Assembly: GCA_963766735.1 (NCBI GenBank)
Contig: CAVYBU010000007.1
Coordinates: forward strand, 128,001-192,000
Reading direction: 5' to 3'
Length of the DNA stretch: 64,000 nt
Source: an uncultured Chloroflexia bacterium
GTDB lineage: Bacteria > Chloroflexota > Limnocylindria > Limnocylindrales > CSP1-4
A model generated the notes under the pieces. It ran no database searches. It was not told the origin of the DNA and saw only the letters and a list, made by a program, of their open reading frames with translations. Of this stretch, positions 28,615 to 38,038 are shown piece after piece (the stretch's first letter is position 1; each line of letters begins with the position of its first letter). The translations under genes were made by a program, and so were the position numbers.

Positions 28615-28725
28615 TCAGCCGGGGGTGACCGCGCCTGGCGAACCGACCATCGCGGCCAGCAGGCCGGCGACGACGAAGAAGGCGACGATGATCATCAGCA
28701 GGCGGGCGCTTCGAGCACCGGGCAT
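28615..28725 (-). CDS. Small single-TM protein (36 aa), not in the ORF track
   Basis: AGGAGGT RBS, ATG, MPGARSARLLMIIVAFFVVAGLLAAMVGSPGAVTPG, TGA. Confidence 0.75.
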   Translation of the reverse strand: MPGARSARLLMIIVAFFVVAGLLAAMVGSPGAVTPG

Positions 28726-28735
28726 GGGTAACCTC

Positions 28736-29227
28736 CTACCGGTAGTTGTCGAACTGGAGCGGAACGGCCTCATCGAGCTCGCGCAGTCGAACGATCACCT
28801 TCTGCAGCTCGTCCCTGCTCTTGCCGGCCACCCGGATGGCGTCGCCCTGGATGCGGGGCTGCACCTTCGGGAACTCGTCCCGGATCAGCTTGACCAACTT
28901 CCTCGCGAGATCATCCGGCAAGCCGCGCCTCAGGGTGATCTCCTGGCGGACCTTGTTGCCACCAGCCGGTTGCACCTCGCCCCAGTCGAAGATCTTGAGG
29001 GACAGGTTCCGGCGGACGGCCTTCGACTCGATGAGGTCGCGGATCGCCCGCGCCCGCATCTCGCTGTCCGTGACCAGGACGATCCGCTCCTTCTCCTGGG
29101 TCAGGTCAACGTGAGCGCCCTTGAAGTCGTACCTCTGCTGGACCTCCCGGCGAACCTGGTCCAGGGCGTTCCGGAGCTCCTGCTCATCGAAGTCCGAGAC
29201 GACGTCGAACGAGATCTCGCCCGCCAT
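28736..29227 (-). CDS. yajQ: YajQ family nucleotide/c-di-GMP-binding protein
   Basis: SFDVVS, NALDQ, RYDFKG, IQGD..RV.GKSRDELQ, PLQFDNYR. Confidence 0.95.
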   Translation of the reverse strand: MAGEISFDVVSDFDEQELRNALDQVRREVQQRYDFKGAHVDLTQEKERIVLVTDSEMRARAIRDLIESKAVRRNLSLKIFDWGEVQPAGGNKVRQEITLRRGLPDDLARKLVKLIRDEFPKVQPRIQGDAIRVAGKSRDELQKVIVRLRELDEAVPLQFDNYR

Positions 29228-29238
29228 CGGCGCTCCTT

Positions 29239-29625
29239 TCAGCCCGCGAGGTGCTCGCGGGTCACCGTCCACAACTTCAGGCGCACGATGCGCCCGTCCC
29301 CTCCAACCTCGGCGGAGAGGAACCCAGCCTGCCGGACCTTGGCCTCGATGGCGGTCCGGTTCCAGCTCGCATGCCACGCGGCCAGCACGGTATCTCCTGC
29401 GACCCAGTGGCGCTCTATGGCCAGATCGTAGTAGCGTTCCGCGCTCGCCGCCTCCAGCAAGTATGCCCGGAGGGCGTTGTGCCCGGCGAGCGCCGGCGTG
29501 AAGGGGTCCACCATCAGCTGAGCGTCTTCGGCGAACAGGTCCGTGAAGGCGTCCCCGTCATACCCGCTTCGCGCGAGGACGAGTGACGCCAGCAGGTCGT
29601 GGCCCTGGGCATAGCTGAGCGTCAT
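29239..29625 (-). CDS. NTF2/SnoaL-like family protein
   Basis: DLFAEDA...DPF....GH..LRAY, DGRIVR. Confidence 0.75.
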   Translation of the reverse strand: MTLSYAQGHDLLASLVLARSGYDGDAFTDLFAEDAQLMVDPFTPALAGHNALRAYLLEAASAERYYDLAIERHWVAGDTVLAAWHASWNRTAIEAKVRQAGFLSAEVGGDGRIVRLKLWTVTREHLAG

Positions 29626-31211
29626 CGGGATCCCAGGTGCTCCAGGAGCAGCTCGCCGATCCGGTACGAGCGCCCGCCACCCATCACCAGCACGACGTCT
29701 CCGGCCCGGACCTCGTCGGCCAGCCAGCGAGCCGTTGCCTCCACGGATCCCGGCGCGCCAACCGGGATCCCGGGAGCACGGGCCGCGACGGCGCGAGCAA
29801 GTCCTTCGGCGGAGGCGATGGTCGTATCCGGATCACGACCGGCCCAGATGTCGGCGATCGCGACCGCATCGGCGCCTGCGAGGGCCTCGGCAAACGCATC
29901 GAGCAGAGCCGCAGTGCGATGGAAGGTGAGCGGTTCATACACGGCCCAGGCCCGGCGCCCGGGCTCCCGCTGGCGTACGGCGGCAAGGGTCTCGCGAATG
30001 GCCGTGGGGTGATGGCCGTAGTCGTCGTAGACAACCACGCCGGCTGCTTCGCCCTTGCGCTCAAGCCGGCGACCCACACCCGGGAACGTCGCGAGGCCCT
30101 GCGCGATGGCCGCAGCCGACAACCCCACGGCGGCCGCGGCGCCGGCAACCCCCAGCGCGTTCGCCGCGTTGTGACGCCCCGCCGTGGGGAGACGGACCGT
30201 CCGCGGGCCCGCATCGGCGTCAACGCCGACGACCTCCAGCACCGTCATGTCGCGCTCGGCGGCCGTGATCCGGCCGAGGAGCGGGGAAGCCGGCCCGCAG
30301 GCAGACCCGAACTGATCGGAGATGTTGCGGACGTACCCATCGAGCTGCCGCGGGACGATGTCCACGACCGCCGTGGCCACGATTCGTCCAGGCCAGTCAG
30401 AGAGCCGGCCCACCAGCTCGGCCACGCCATCGTCCGCGACATTGGCGACCAGGACCGGGATCCGGGCACTGGCTCCATCGGCCCCGCCTGCCCCCATGCG
30501 CCGGATCCAGGACTCGAATGTGGCGAGCACGGCGGCCCGGTCGGCAAAGACGTCGGGGTGATCCCACTCCGCCGATGTGATGATTGCGATCTCGGGACGA
30601 TACGGATCGAAGTTGCCGGCGTACTCATCCGCCTCCACGACAAAGGGCGCTCCCCTGCCCCGCCGAGCCGTCGCCGGGAGGTCGATCCCGGTGAGAGACG
30701 CCGGCAGCAACGCGCCGACAAACGCGCCGGGATCCGCCCCGCTGGCTGCCAGGACATGTACGAGCCAGCCCGAAGAGGTGCTCTTGCCGTGCGTACCAGC
30801 GACCGCCACGAGCCTCCGTCCGGCAGCCGCATCGGCCACGACCTGTTGCCACGACTCCAAGGGGATGCCGATCTCCCGGGCCGCGACGAGCTCCGGGTTC
30901 TCCGGGTCAATAGCCGTCAGGGCCTTGGTCACCGCCAGGCGCTCGGGTGGAGGCGTTCGGCGGACATGGGACGCGTCGTGTGCCGGCCAGACCGGGACCT
31001 CCGCGGCTTCGAGAGCCGGCGTGTACTGGCCACTGCCACCGGGATCGCAGCCATCCACGGCCGCACCGGACCAGGCCGCGAGCAGCGCAGCCGCGGACGC
31101 GCCCGCTCCCGCTGCGCCCACCACGTGGATGCGCTCTCCCACTGCTATCGCGCGGGCCGCGCGCGCCGGCGCGAGACCGGCCCCGATCTCCGCGGCCCCC
31201 CGCGTGCTCAA
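29622..31211 (-). CDS. murC: UDP-N-acetylmuramate--L-alanine ligase (MurC/Mpl family)
   Basis: VAGTHGKSTSS, VEADEY, EWDHPD, GRHNAANA, GVGRRLE, DDYGHHPT; TTG start overlapping the cinA stop. Confidence 0.8.
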   Translation of the reverse strand: MSTRGAAEIGAGLAPARAARAIAVGERIHVVGAAGAGASAAALLAAWSGAAVDGCDPGGSGQYTPALEAAEVPVWPAHDASHVRRTPPPERLAVTKALTAIDPENPELVAAREIGIPLESWQQVVADAAAGRRLVAVAGTHGKSTSSGWLVHVLAASGADPGAFVGALLPASLTGIDLPATARRGRGAPFVVEADEYAGNFDPYRPEIAIITSAEWDHPDVFADRAAVLATFESWIRRMGAGGADGASARIPVLVANVADDGVAELVGRLSDWPGRIVATAVVDIVPRQLDGYVRNISDQFGSACGPASPLLGRITAAERDMTVLEVVGVDADAGPRTVRLPTAGRHNAANALGVAGAAAAVGLSAAAIAQGLATFPGVGRRLERKGEAAGVVVYDDYGHHPTAIRETLAAVRQREPGRRAWAVYEPLTFHRTAALLDAFAEALAGADAVAIADIWAGRDPDTTIASAEGLARAVAARAPGIPVGAPGSVEATARWLADEVRAGDVVLVMGGGRSYRIGELLLEHLGSR

Positions 31212-31708
31212 GCCTCCGCCTCTCCGCCTGAGGCCCGCTCCAGGAGCATCTCGAGGGCGACCTCCGCCGAAGCGCGCTTGTTCTCCGTCCTGTTCCCCGG
31301 CCACTGGAAGCGGCGGACGTCCGGTGTGCCCAGGCCGGTCACGGCCACATAGGCCAGCCCGACCGGCTTCGCCTCGCTACCGCCGCCGGGGCCCGCTATG
31401 CCTGTGATCGCCACGCCCAGGTCCGTGCCGAAACGCAGCCGCACACCATCTGCCATCGCGATCGCCGTCTGGGCGGAAACCGCTCCGTGGGCGGCCAGCA
31501 CCTCGCCGGGGACACCCAACTGGGATCGCTTGACATCGTCCGCGTACGCCACCACCCCGCCGCGCAGATATGCCGACGAACCGGGGACCTCGGTGATCAG
31601 GTGGGCGACGAGCCCGCCGGTGCACGATTCCGCCGTTGCCACGGTCAGGTCGCGAGCCGCGCACATCGCCCGGAGGCGGGCGGCCAGATCGACGAGCGGG
31701 TCCGCCAC
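31208..31708 (-). CDS. cinA: CinA/PncC nicotinamide-nucleotide amidohydrolase
   Basis: ATAESCTGG, PGSSAY, HGAVS, ITGIAGPGGG...KPVG. Confidence 0.92.
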   Translation of the reverse strand: MADPLVDLAARLRAMCAARDLTVATAESCTGGLVAHLITEVPGSSAYLRGGVVAYADDVKRSQLGVPGEVLAAHGAVSAQTAIAMADGVRLRFGTDLGVAITGIAGPGGGSEAKPVGLAYVAVTGLGTPDVRRFQWPGNRTENKRASAEVALEMLLERASGGEAEA

Positions 31709-31709
31709 G

Positions 31710-33161
31710 TCAGTTCCGGCTGGTCTTGACCGGATCGTCTGGGGGTGCGAACAACCAGGTCTCGGGGTTGCTCTTCGTGGACATCCGGCCCAGGTCTTTG
31801 CCGTTCAGGGTGAAGTAGGTCGCGCTGGATTTGCCGGTCCGGACCTCGACCGAGTCCTTGGCCGTGAACGTCACGACCTTGCCCGGGCCGTAGGTCTTGC
31901 CCCCGGCGCCGGTGGCGCTGGACACCTTGCCGTCAACCCAGACCTTCAGCCAAGCCGGTGCGCCCTTGATCGAGACAACGAGGGTGACGCCCTTGTACTG
32001 GACCGACACGTTCCGGGTCAGCGTCACGGCCTTGCCCTCGGCGGAGGTCGCCATGACGACGATCTGCCAGTTCCCGGCCGAGAGGTCCAGCGGAGTCTCG
32101 AAGGAGCCGTCCGCCACGACGTCCACGACCACGGGACCGACGTCGGGCTTCGCGATCGGTGTGGGGTCTCCGGAGGGACCGGGCGCTGGAGCCCCGGATG
32201 GGGGAACTTCCGACGGCGGCGGCTCCGACGGCGGCTCCGACGGCGGTGCTGTGGACGTGGGTGCGGCCCCCGCAGGAGCCGTGAGGATCGCGGACACCGC
32301 GACCGTCGTGGCGTTCGTCGTCACGCCCTTGACCGGAATGGCCCCGTTCTCGAACTGCGAGCCATCGGCGGGGGAGATCAGGATCAGCGTTGGCGCCTCG
32401 ATCACGAGATACGGGACCGTGATGAACACGCGCGCGGCCGTCTCCGCGGTCTTGCCGGTCTCGGGGTCCACGGCGTTGATGTCGAACTGGTTTCGCCCAC
32501 GGCGCAACTCGACGTCCGCGGTCCAGCGACCCGCGGTGTCCGCTGAGACGCGGTACGGCTGATCTCGACCGGCCGCGGCGATCGTGATCGTCGCTCCCGG
32601 GATGGACGTGCCGCGGAGCGTATAGGCGGTCGAGTCCTCGGCGACGTCGATCACGAGCTGAGACGGGCTGGTGACCTCAAGCGTGGGAGGCTTCGCGAAG
32701 CGCACGAGCTGGATGCCCATGTAGACCGCGAAGACGCCGATCAGGACCGTGAGCAGTGCGGCAACAACGATGACCGGCGAGAAGGTCAGGCCCTGCCTGG
32801 GGGCGATGATGGGCTTCGGGACGGCCAGCACCGGCTCGGCCCCGATCGCCGCGTCGCCTCTCTCGCGCTTCCACTGCCGGAGGACATCCTCCGGGTCGAG
32901 CGCCAGGTACAGCGCGTAGTTCCGCAGGAAACCCTTCGTGTAGACGGCGCCCGGGAGCTCCCGGTACTCGCCTTGTTCGAGTGCCTGCAGGTAGCGGGCA
33001 CGGATCTTGGTATCGCGCTCGGCCCGATAGAGATCAACGCCCTTGCGCTCGCGTGCGGCAACGAGCCGTTCGGGCAGGGACGGTCCGGACTCGGACGCGT
33101 ACGCGCGGTCGCCGTCGCGCGCATCCGCGCGACGGCGCCGTGCATCATCCCGCGTCGTCAT
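31710..33161 (-). CDS. rodZ: RodZ-like protein: HTH, TM, Ig-like domains, DUF4115-like C-terminus
   Basis: TKIRARYLQALEQG...LPGAVYTKGFLRNYALYL; TM; AWLKVWVDG...VRTG; follows ftsK. Confidence 0.82.
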   Translation of the reverse strand: MTTRDDARRRRADARDGDRAYASESGPSLPERLVAARERKGVDLYRAERDTKIRARYLQALEQGEYRELPGAVYTKGFLRNYALYLALDPEDVLRQWKRERGDAAIGAEPVLAVPKPIIAPRQGLTFSPVIVVAALLTVLIGVFAVYMGIQLVRFAKPPTLEVTSPSQLVIDVAEDSTAYTLRGTSIPGATITIAAAGRDQPYRVSADTAGRWTADVELRRGRNQFDINAVDPETGKTAETAARVFITVPYLVIEAPTLILISPADGSQFENGAIPVKGVTTNATTVAVSAILTAPAGAAPTSTAPPSEPPSEPPPSEVPPSGAPAPGPSGDPTPIAKPDVGPVVVDVVADGSFETPLDLSAGNWQIVVMATSAEGKAVTLTRNVSVQYKGVTLVVSIKGAPAWLKVWVDGKVSSATGAGGKTYGPGKVVTFTAKDSVEVRTGKSSATYFTLNGKDLGRMSTKSNPETWLFAPPDDPVKTSRN

Positions 33162-35566
33162 GCCTCGTCCTCGTCTCCGCCAGCGGCCAGACCGTCATCC
33201 CGACGGAGGACCGCCCGGGCATTCGAGCCGTCGAATGCCCCAACGTACCCGCGCGCCTCGAGCTGGTCGATGATCCTGGCTGCGCGCGCGTACCCGATCC
33301 GCAGTCGCCGCTGGAGCAGCGATGCGGAAGCACGATCGTACTCCCGGATGACCGAGACGGCATCCATGAGCAGCCGGTCCGCATCGTCTTCGGCCAGCTC
33401 CTCGACGTTGCCGCTCGACTCCTCGTCCGAGGTGATGATCGAGAGGTCGTAGCGCGGGTCGTCGATCTGGTCGCGCCAGTATTCCGTGACGCGCCCGATC
33501 TCGGGGTCCGAGACGAACACGCCCTGGAGCCGCATCGGCCGCGGCAGGTCGCTGGGCTGGTAGAGCATGTCGCCGCGGCCGATCAGGTCCTCCGCCCCGG
33601 GCGAATCGAGGATCGTGCGGCTGTCGATCTGGCTGGCCATCGCGAACGCGATCCGGCTGGGGAAGTTGGCCTTGATGAGCCCGGTGACAACGTTGACCGA
33701 CGGGCGCTGGGTGGCGAGGACCATGTGGATGCCGGTGGCGCGGGCCTTCTGGGCCAGGCGGACGATCGGGTCCTCCACGTTCTTGCCCTCGCGCATCATC
33801 AGGTCGGCGAGCTCGTCGATGATGATCACGATGTAGGGCAGCCGGTCCGCGGGGTCCTCCCGGGTCTCGTTGAAGGCCTTGATGTTGCGCGAGGTGGCGC
33901 CCGCGAACTTGCGGTACCGGTTCTCCATCTCGGCCACCGCCCACTTGAGCGCGGACTTGGCCCGCTCGGGCTCGGTGATGACCGGGACCAGCAGGTGCGG
34001 CAGGCCGTTGTAGCCCGCGAGCTCCACGCGCTTGAGGTCCATCAGGATCATCCGGGTGTCGTCCGGGGTGGCGTTGCACAGCAGGCTCGTGATGAGCGCG
34101 TTGACCATGACGCTCTTGCCCGAGCCCGTGGCCCCCGCGATCAGCAGGTGCGGCATCTTGGACAGGTCCACGGCCTGTGCCCGGCCGGCCACGTCCCGCC
34201 CCAGCGCGAAGGTCAGCGTCGAGCCCGACGCCGAGAAGTCCACCTCCTCCAGGATCCGCCGCAGCGCGACGATGTTGAACTCCTTGTTGGGGATCTCGAT
34301 CCCCACCGCGCTCTTGCCCGGGATCGGCGCCTCGATCCGGATGCTCCGCGCGGCGAGCGCCATCGACAGGTCGTCCTGGAGCGCCTCGATCCGGCTGAGC
34401 TTGATGTGCGGCGCCGGCTGGACCTCGTACTGGGTCACGACCGGGCCCGCGTTGCGGCCGATGATCCGCGCCTCGATGTCGAAGCTCGCCAGCTTCCGGA
34501 CGATGATCTCCTCGTTCCGGACGTGGACGGCGTCCGCGATGCCGGTGGTGGCAGCGGTGGGGACCTCTCCGGGATCGAGCAGCTCGTGGGGCGGCAGGCG
34601 CCACTCGATCGCTTCGCGGGTGGGCGGCGAGTCGGAGGCGTCGGTCACGTCATCGTGATCGCGATCCACCGGCAGCACCGTCGCAGCGCGAGCGGCACCC
34701 GCGACAGCCCCCGTGGCCCGCGCCGGCGCGAAGGTTGAGGACGTCGGCGCGGTGGATGGCGCCGCGCCCGGGATGCCGGGCTCGGGAGACTCCGAACCCC
34801 ACACGCCCGTCTGGCCGGGCGCCTCCACCGCCGGGATGCGCACGCCTCGACCACGGTGTCCACCCTCCGCGGGAGCGCTGGGCACCGCACTGGCCGCGGC
34901 CGCGGCCGCTCCAGCCGCCCCTGCCCTGGCCGGAGCGGGCGTGCCGGGCTTGGTGCTCCGATCCTGCAGCGTGGAGCCTGCCGCACGTGCCGCGCGCGTC
35001 GCGGGTGACAGGAGCGCCCGGAGGGGGCGGTCGAAGGCGATGAGGAGCCCGGCGAACAGCAGCACCATGAGGATCACGAACGCACCGGGGGTCGTCAGCA
35101 GCGGCTGCAGCGCGCCCACGAGGAACCGCCCGATACGGCCGCCCGTTGAGTTGTTGACCTCAACCAGCTGCATCAGCCCGAGCAGGCCGACGTAGGCCAT
35201 CCCGATGCCCAGCAGCGTCCGTCCCCAGGGCGCGCCGGGCTCTCGACCGGGACCCCACTCCACGTACCAGCCCGCGATCAGGAGCACCGCCGGCAGCAGC
35301 CACCGGCCCGTCCCGAAGAACGGGACGGACGTGTCGCGCCACCAGTCGGTGAGGCTGCCTTCGCCCGGCAGCAGCAGCGCGATCAGCGTGACCGCGCCGA
35401 GCCCGAGGAGGAAGATCCCCACCAGCGACCGCACGACGGCCGGCGACAGGCCGATCGAGACCCTCGGCAGCGGCAGGCCGGCGCCGCGCGTGCGGCTGCG
35501 CGACGCGGGGGACCGCGTCGTCCGACGGGTGGTGGGACGCGGCGCGCGCTGGCGCGGCTTCGCCAC
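33158..35566 (-). CDS. ftsK: DNA translocase FtsK/SpoIIIE
   Basis: N-terminal TMs, PHLLIAGATGSGKS, IDELADLM, ATQRPS, gamma domain SASLLQRRLRIGYARAA. Confidence 0.96.
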   Translation of the reverse strand: MAKPRQRAPRPTTRRTTRSPASRSRTRGAGLPLPRVSIGLSPAVVRSLVGIFLLGLGAVTLIALLLPGEGSLTDWWRDTSVPFFGTGRWLLPAVLLIAGWYVEWGPGREPGAPWGRTLLGIGMAYVGLLGLMQLVEVNNSTGGRIGRFLVGALQPLLTTPGAFVILMVLLFAGLLIAFDRPLRALLSPATRAARAAGSTLQDRSTKPGTPAPARAGAAGAAAAAASAVPSAPAEGGHRGRGVRIPAVEAPGQTGVWGSESPEPGIPGAAPSTAPTSSTFAPARATGAVAGAARAATVLPVDRDHDDVTDASDSPPTREAIEWRLPPHELLDPGEVPTAATTGIADAVHVRNEEIIVRKLASFDIEARIIGRNAGPVVTQYEVQPAPHIKLSRIEALQDDLSMALAARSIRIEAPIPGKSAVGIEIPNKEFNIVALRRILEEVDFSASGSTLTFALGRDVAGRAQAVDLSKMPHLLIAGATGSGKSVMVNALITSLLCNATPDDTRMILMDLKRVELAGYNGLPHLLVPVITEPERAKSALKWAVAEMENRYRKFAGATSRNIKAFNETREDPADRLPYIVIIIDELADLMMREGKNVEDPIVRLAQKARATGIHMVLATQRPSVNVVTGLIKANFPSRIAFAMASQIDSRTILDSPGAEDLIGRGDMLYQPSDLPRPMRLQGVFVSDPEIGRVTEYWRDQIDDPRYDLSIITSDEESSGNVEELAEDDADRLLMDAVSVIREYDRASASLLQRRLRIGYARAARIIDQLEARGYVGAFDGSNARAVLRRDDGLAAGGDEDEA

Positions 35567-35570
35567 TCCG

Positions 35571-37238
35571 CTAGACCTCGACCACGACCGGGAACACCAT
35601 CGGGCGGCGCTTGGTCTGCTCATACAGGAACCGGGACAGGCTGTCCTTGATCTGGGACTTGAGCAGTGCCACCTCGGAGATCCGGTCTCCCGGGGCGTCC
35701 ACGGCCGCACGAATGCGCCGGATCGCCTCCTCGATGATCGGATCCTCCTCGTTGCCGTGGACAAACCCGCGGGTGATGATCTCGGGCCGGCCCACGACGC
35801 GACCCGTCTGCTTGTCCACCTGGACGACGACCATGAACATGCCGTCGTTGGCGAGCGCGCGACGGTCGCGCAGGACGACGTCCCCGACCTCGCCAACCGA
35901 CAGGCCGTCCACGTACACGTAACCCGCGGTGACCGGCTGGCCGCGCCGGGCGCTGCCGTCCTCGAAGATCTCGATCGGCGTGCCGTTCTCGATGATGTAC
36001 ACGTTCTCGGGGTCGACGCCGGTCTCGATGGCCAGGCGGCCGTGCTGGACCAGCATCCGGAATTCGCCGTGCATCGGGATGAAGTGGGTCGGCTTAGTGA
36101 GCCCGAGCATCAGCTTGAGCTCCTCCTGGCTCGCATGGCCGGACACGTGGGCTCGCTTGATCGTGTGGTAGTAGACGTTGGCGCCGGCCTTGAACAGGTT
36201 GTCGATCGTGCGCGCGACGTACTCCTCGTTGCCGGGGATCGGGCTGGCCGACACGATCACGGTGTCGCCCGGCTGGATCTCGACGAAACGGTGGTCCCGG
36301 TTGGCCATGCGTGCGAGGCCGGCCATGGGCTCGCCCTGGGCGCCGGTCGTCGCGATCACCAGCTTCGACGGCGGCACGTCCTTGATCTTGTCCTTGGCCA
36401 CGACCATCGACGGCTCGTACTTGAGGTAGCCGAGGTCGGTCGCGATGCGGAAGTTCTGCTCCATCGACCGGCCGATCACCGTGGTCTTGCGGCCCAGGTC
36501 GGCGGCGGCGTCCAGGACCTGCTGGACGCGGGCGATGTTGCTTGCGAAGGTGGCGATGATCACCCGGCCGTCGAGCGGCTCCATGATCTCGCGGAACGCC
36601 TCGCCGACGATCCGCTCGGACGGCGTGTAGCCGGGGTTCTCCGCGCGGGTGGAGTCGGACAGCAGGCAGACGACGCCCTCCTCGCCCAGCCGGGCGAGGA
36701 TGTGGAAGTCGGACAGCCGCCCGTCCACGGGCGTGTGGTCGAACTTGAAGTCACCGGTGTGGACGACCGTGCCGACCGGGGTCCGGAGCGCGATCCCCAT
36801 CGCGTCCGGGATCGAGTGCCCGACCCGGAACGGGATCGCGGTGAACGGCCCCACCTCCAGCTCGTCGCCCGGCTCCATCGCGATCAGCGGGTTGTTGTGG
36901 AGCTTGTGCTCCTTGATCTTGTTGCCCAGGAGGCCTCTCGCCAGCTTGCTCGCGTAGACGGGCACGCCCGGGAACTCCGGCAGCACGTACGGCAGGCCGC
37001 CGACGTGATCCTCGTGGGCGTGGGTGATGAGGAACGCCCGGACCTTGGAGCGGTTCTCCTTGAGGTATGTGATGTCGGGGATGACGAGGTCGATGCCGAA
37101 CATCTCCTCGTCCGGGAACATCAGGCCGCAATCGATCACGACGATGTCGTCGCCGTACTCGAACAGGTACATGTTCTTGCCGATCTCCCCCACCCCGCCG
37201 AGCGGGATGATGCGGAGGGGCGTGTTGGAGTCTGCCAT
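35571..37238 (-). CDS. rnj: Ribonuclease J
   Basis: PLGGVGEIGKN, THAHEDHVG, HSIPD, TGDFKFD, HVSGHA. Confidence 0.96.
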   Translation of the reverse strand: MADSNTPLRIIPLGGVGEIGKNMYLFEYGDDIVVIDCGLMFPDEEMFGIDLVIPDITYLKENRSKVRAFLITHAHEDHVGGLPYVLPEFPGVPVYASKLARGLLGNKIKEHKLHNNPLIAMEPGDELEVGPFTAIPFRVGHSIPDAMGIALRTPVGTVVHTGDFKFDHTPVDGRLSDFHILARLGEEGVVCLLSDSTRAENPGYTPSERIVGEAFREIMEPLDGRVIIATFASNIARVQQVLDAAADLGRKTTVIGRSMEQNFRIATDLGYLKYEPSMVVAKDKIKDVPPSKLVIATTGAQGEPMAGLARMANRDHRFVEIQPGDTVIVSASPIPGNEEYVARTIDNLFKAGANVYYHTIKRAHVSGHASQEELKLMLGLTKPTHFIPMHGEFRMLVQHGRLAIETGVDPENVYIIENGTPIEIFEDGSARRGQPVTAGYVYVDGLSVGEVGDVVLRDRRALANDGMFMVVVQVDKQTGRVVGRPEIITRGFVHGNEEDPIIEEAIRRIRAAVDAPGDRISEVALLKSQIKDSLSRFLYEQTKRRPMVFPVVVEV

Positions 37239-37264
37239 GGTGGTCTCGATCGTCCTCGAAGGGG

Positions 37265-38038
37265 TCAGAACAGGGTCAGCTGGGAGGCATCGTCTGGCGC
37301 GGAGTCAGCGGCGTCGATGGCCTGGACGGGGTCGGATGGCGAGTTTGCACGGTCCGACGCGGCAACGGGCGCCGGGTTTGCACCCGCGTCGGAAGCGGAT
37401 GCCGGCGTCGTGGTCACCGTTGGGTTGGCGGTCCCACCGGCGGTGCGACGCTCCCGGGCACCGACCAGGACAGACGGGACGCGGGCGATGTCCTCGAAGC
37501 TCTCGCGCTCGATGGACGCGGTCCGGAGCGCCGCCGCAGGATGGTACATCGCGAACACGAGCGCGTCGCGCGCGCCGGTCTCCGGGTCGGCAGGCTGGCT
37601 CGTGCCGTGGACCTGCCCGATCCGGGAACCGGGCATGAAGGTTCCCATCGAGTGGCGGCCGAGCGTGACGACCACGGCGGGGTCGAGCACGGCGAGCTGC
37701 CGGCGCAGGTACGGCGCACAGGCGGCGATCTCGTCGGGCTGCGGGTCCCGGTTGTCGGGCGGGCGGCACTTCACGATGTTCGTGATGAACACGTCCTCGC
37801 GCTGCCAACCGATGCTGCCCAGGAGCCGGATGAGCAGGCCGCCGGCGCGGCCCACGAACGGCCGCCCCTCACGATCCTCGTTCATGCCCGGACCCTCGCC
37901 GACGAAGACGACCTCCGTGTCAGGATCGCCCTCGCCCGGAACCGCTCGCGTCCGCGCCTCATGCAGCCGGCAGCGGGTACAGGCCCGGACCTCGTCTCCG
38001 ATCTGGTCGAGCGCCTCGAGGCGCTCGCGACGCGTCAC
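37265..38038 (-). CDS. udg: Uracil-DNA glycosylase, family 4 (Fe-S)
   Basis: CTRC, VGEGPG, GRPFVGRAG, NIVKCRPP.NR, YHPAAALR. Confidence 0.93.
   Translation of the reverse strand: MTRRERLEALDQIGDEVRACTRCRLHEARTRAVPGEGDPDTEVVFVGEGPGMNEDREGRPFVGRAGGLLIRLLGSIGWQREDVFITNIVKCRPPDNRDPQPDEIAACAPYLRRQLAVLDPAVVVTLGRHSMGTFMPGSRIGQVHGTSQPADPETGARDALVFAMYHPAAALRTASIERESFEDIARVPSVLVGARERRTAGGTANPTVTTTPASASDAGANPAPVAASDRANSPSDPVQAIDAADSAPDDASQLTLF

Noticed and set aside
26381-29431. Very long plus-strand ORFs (1016 aa here, 1034 aa at 35205-38309, and others)
   Set aside because: Antisense shadows of well-supported minus-strand genes, typical of high-GC DNA with few stop codons.
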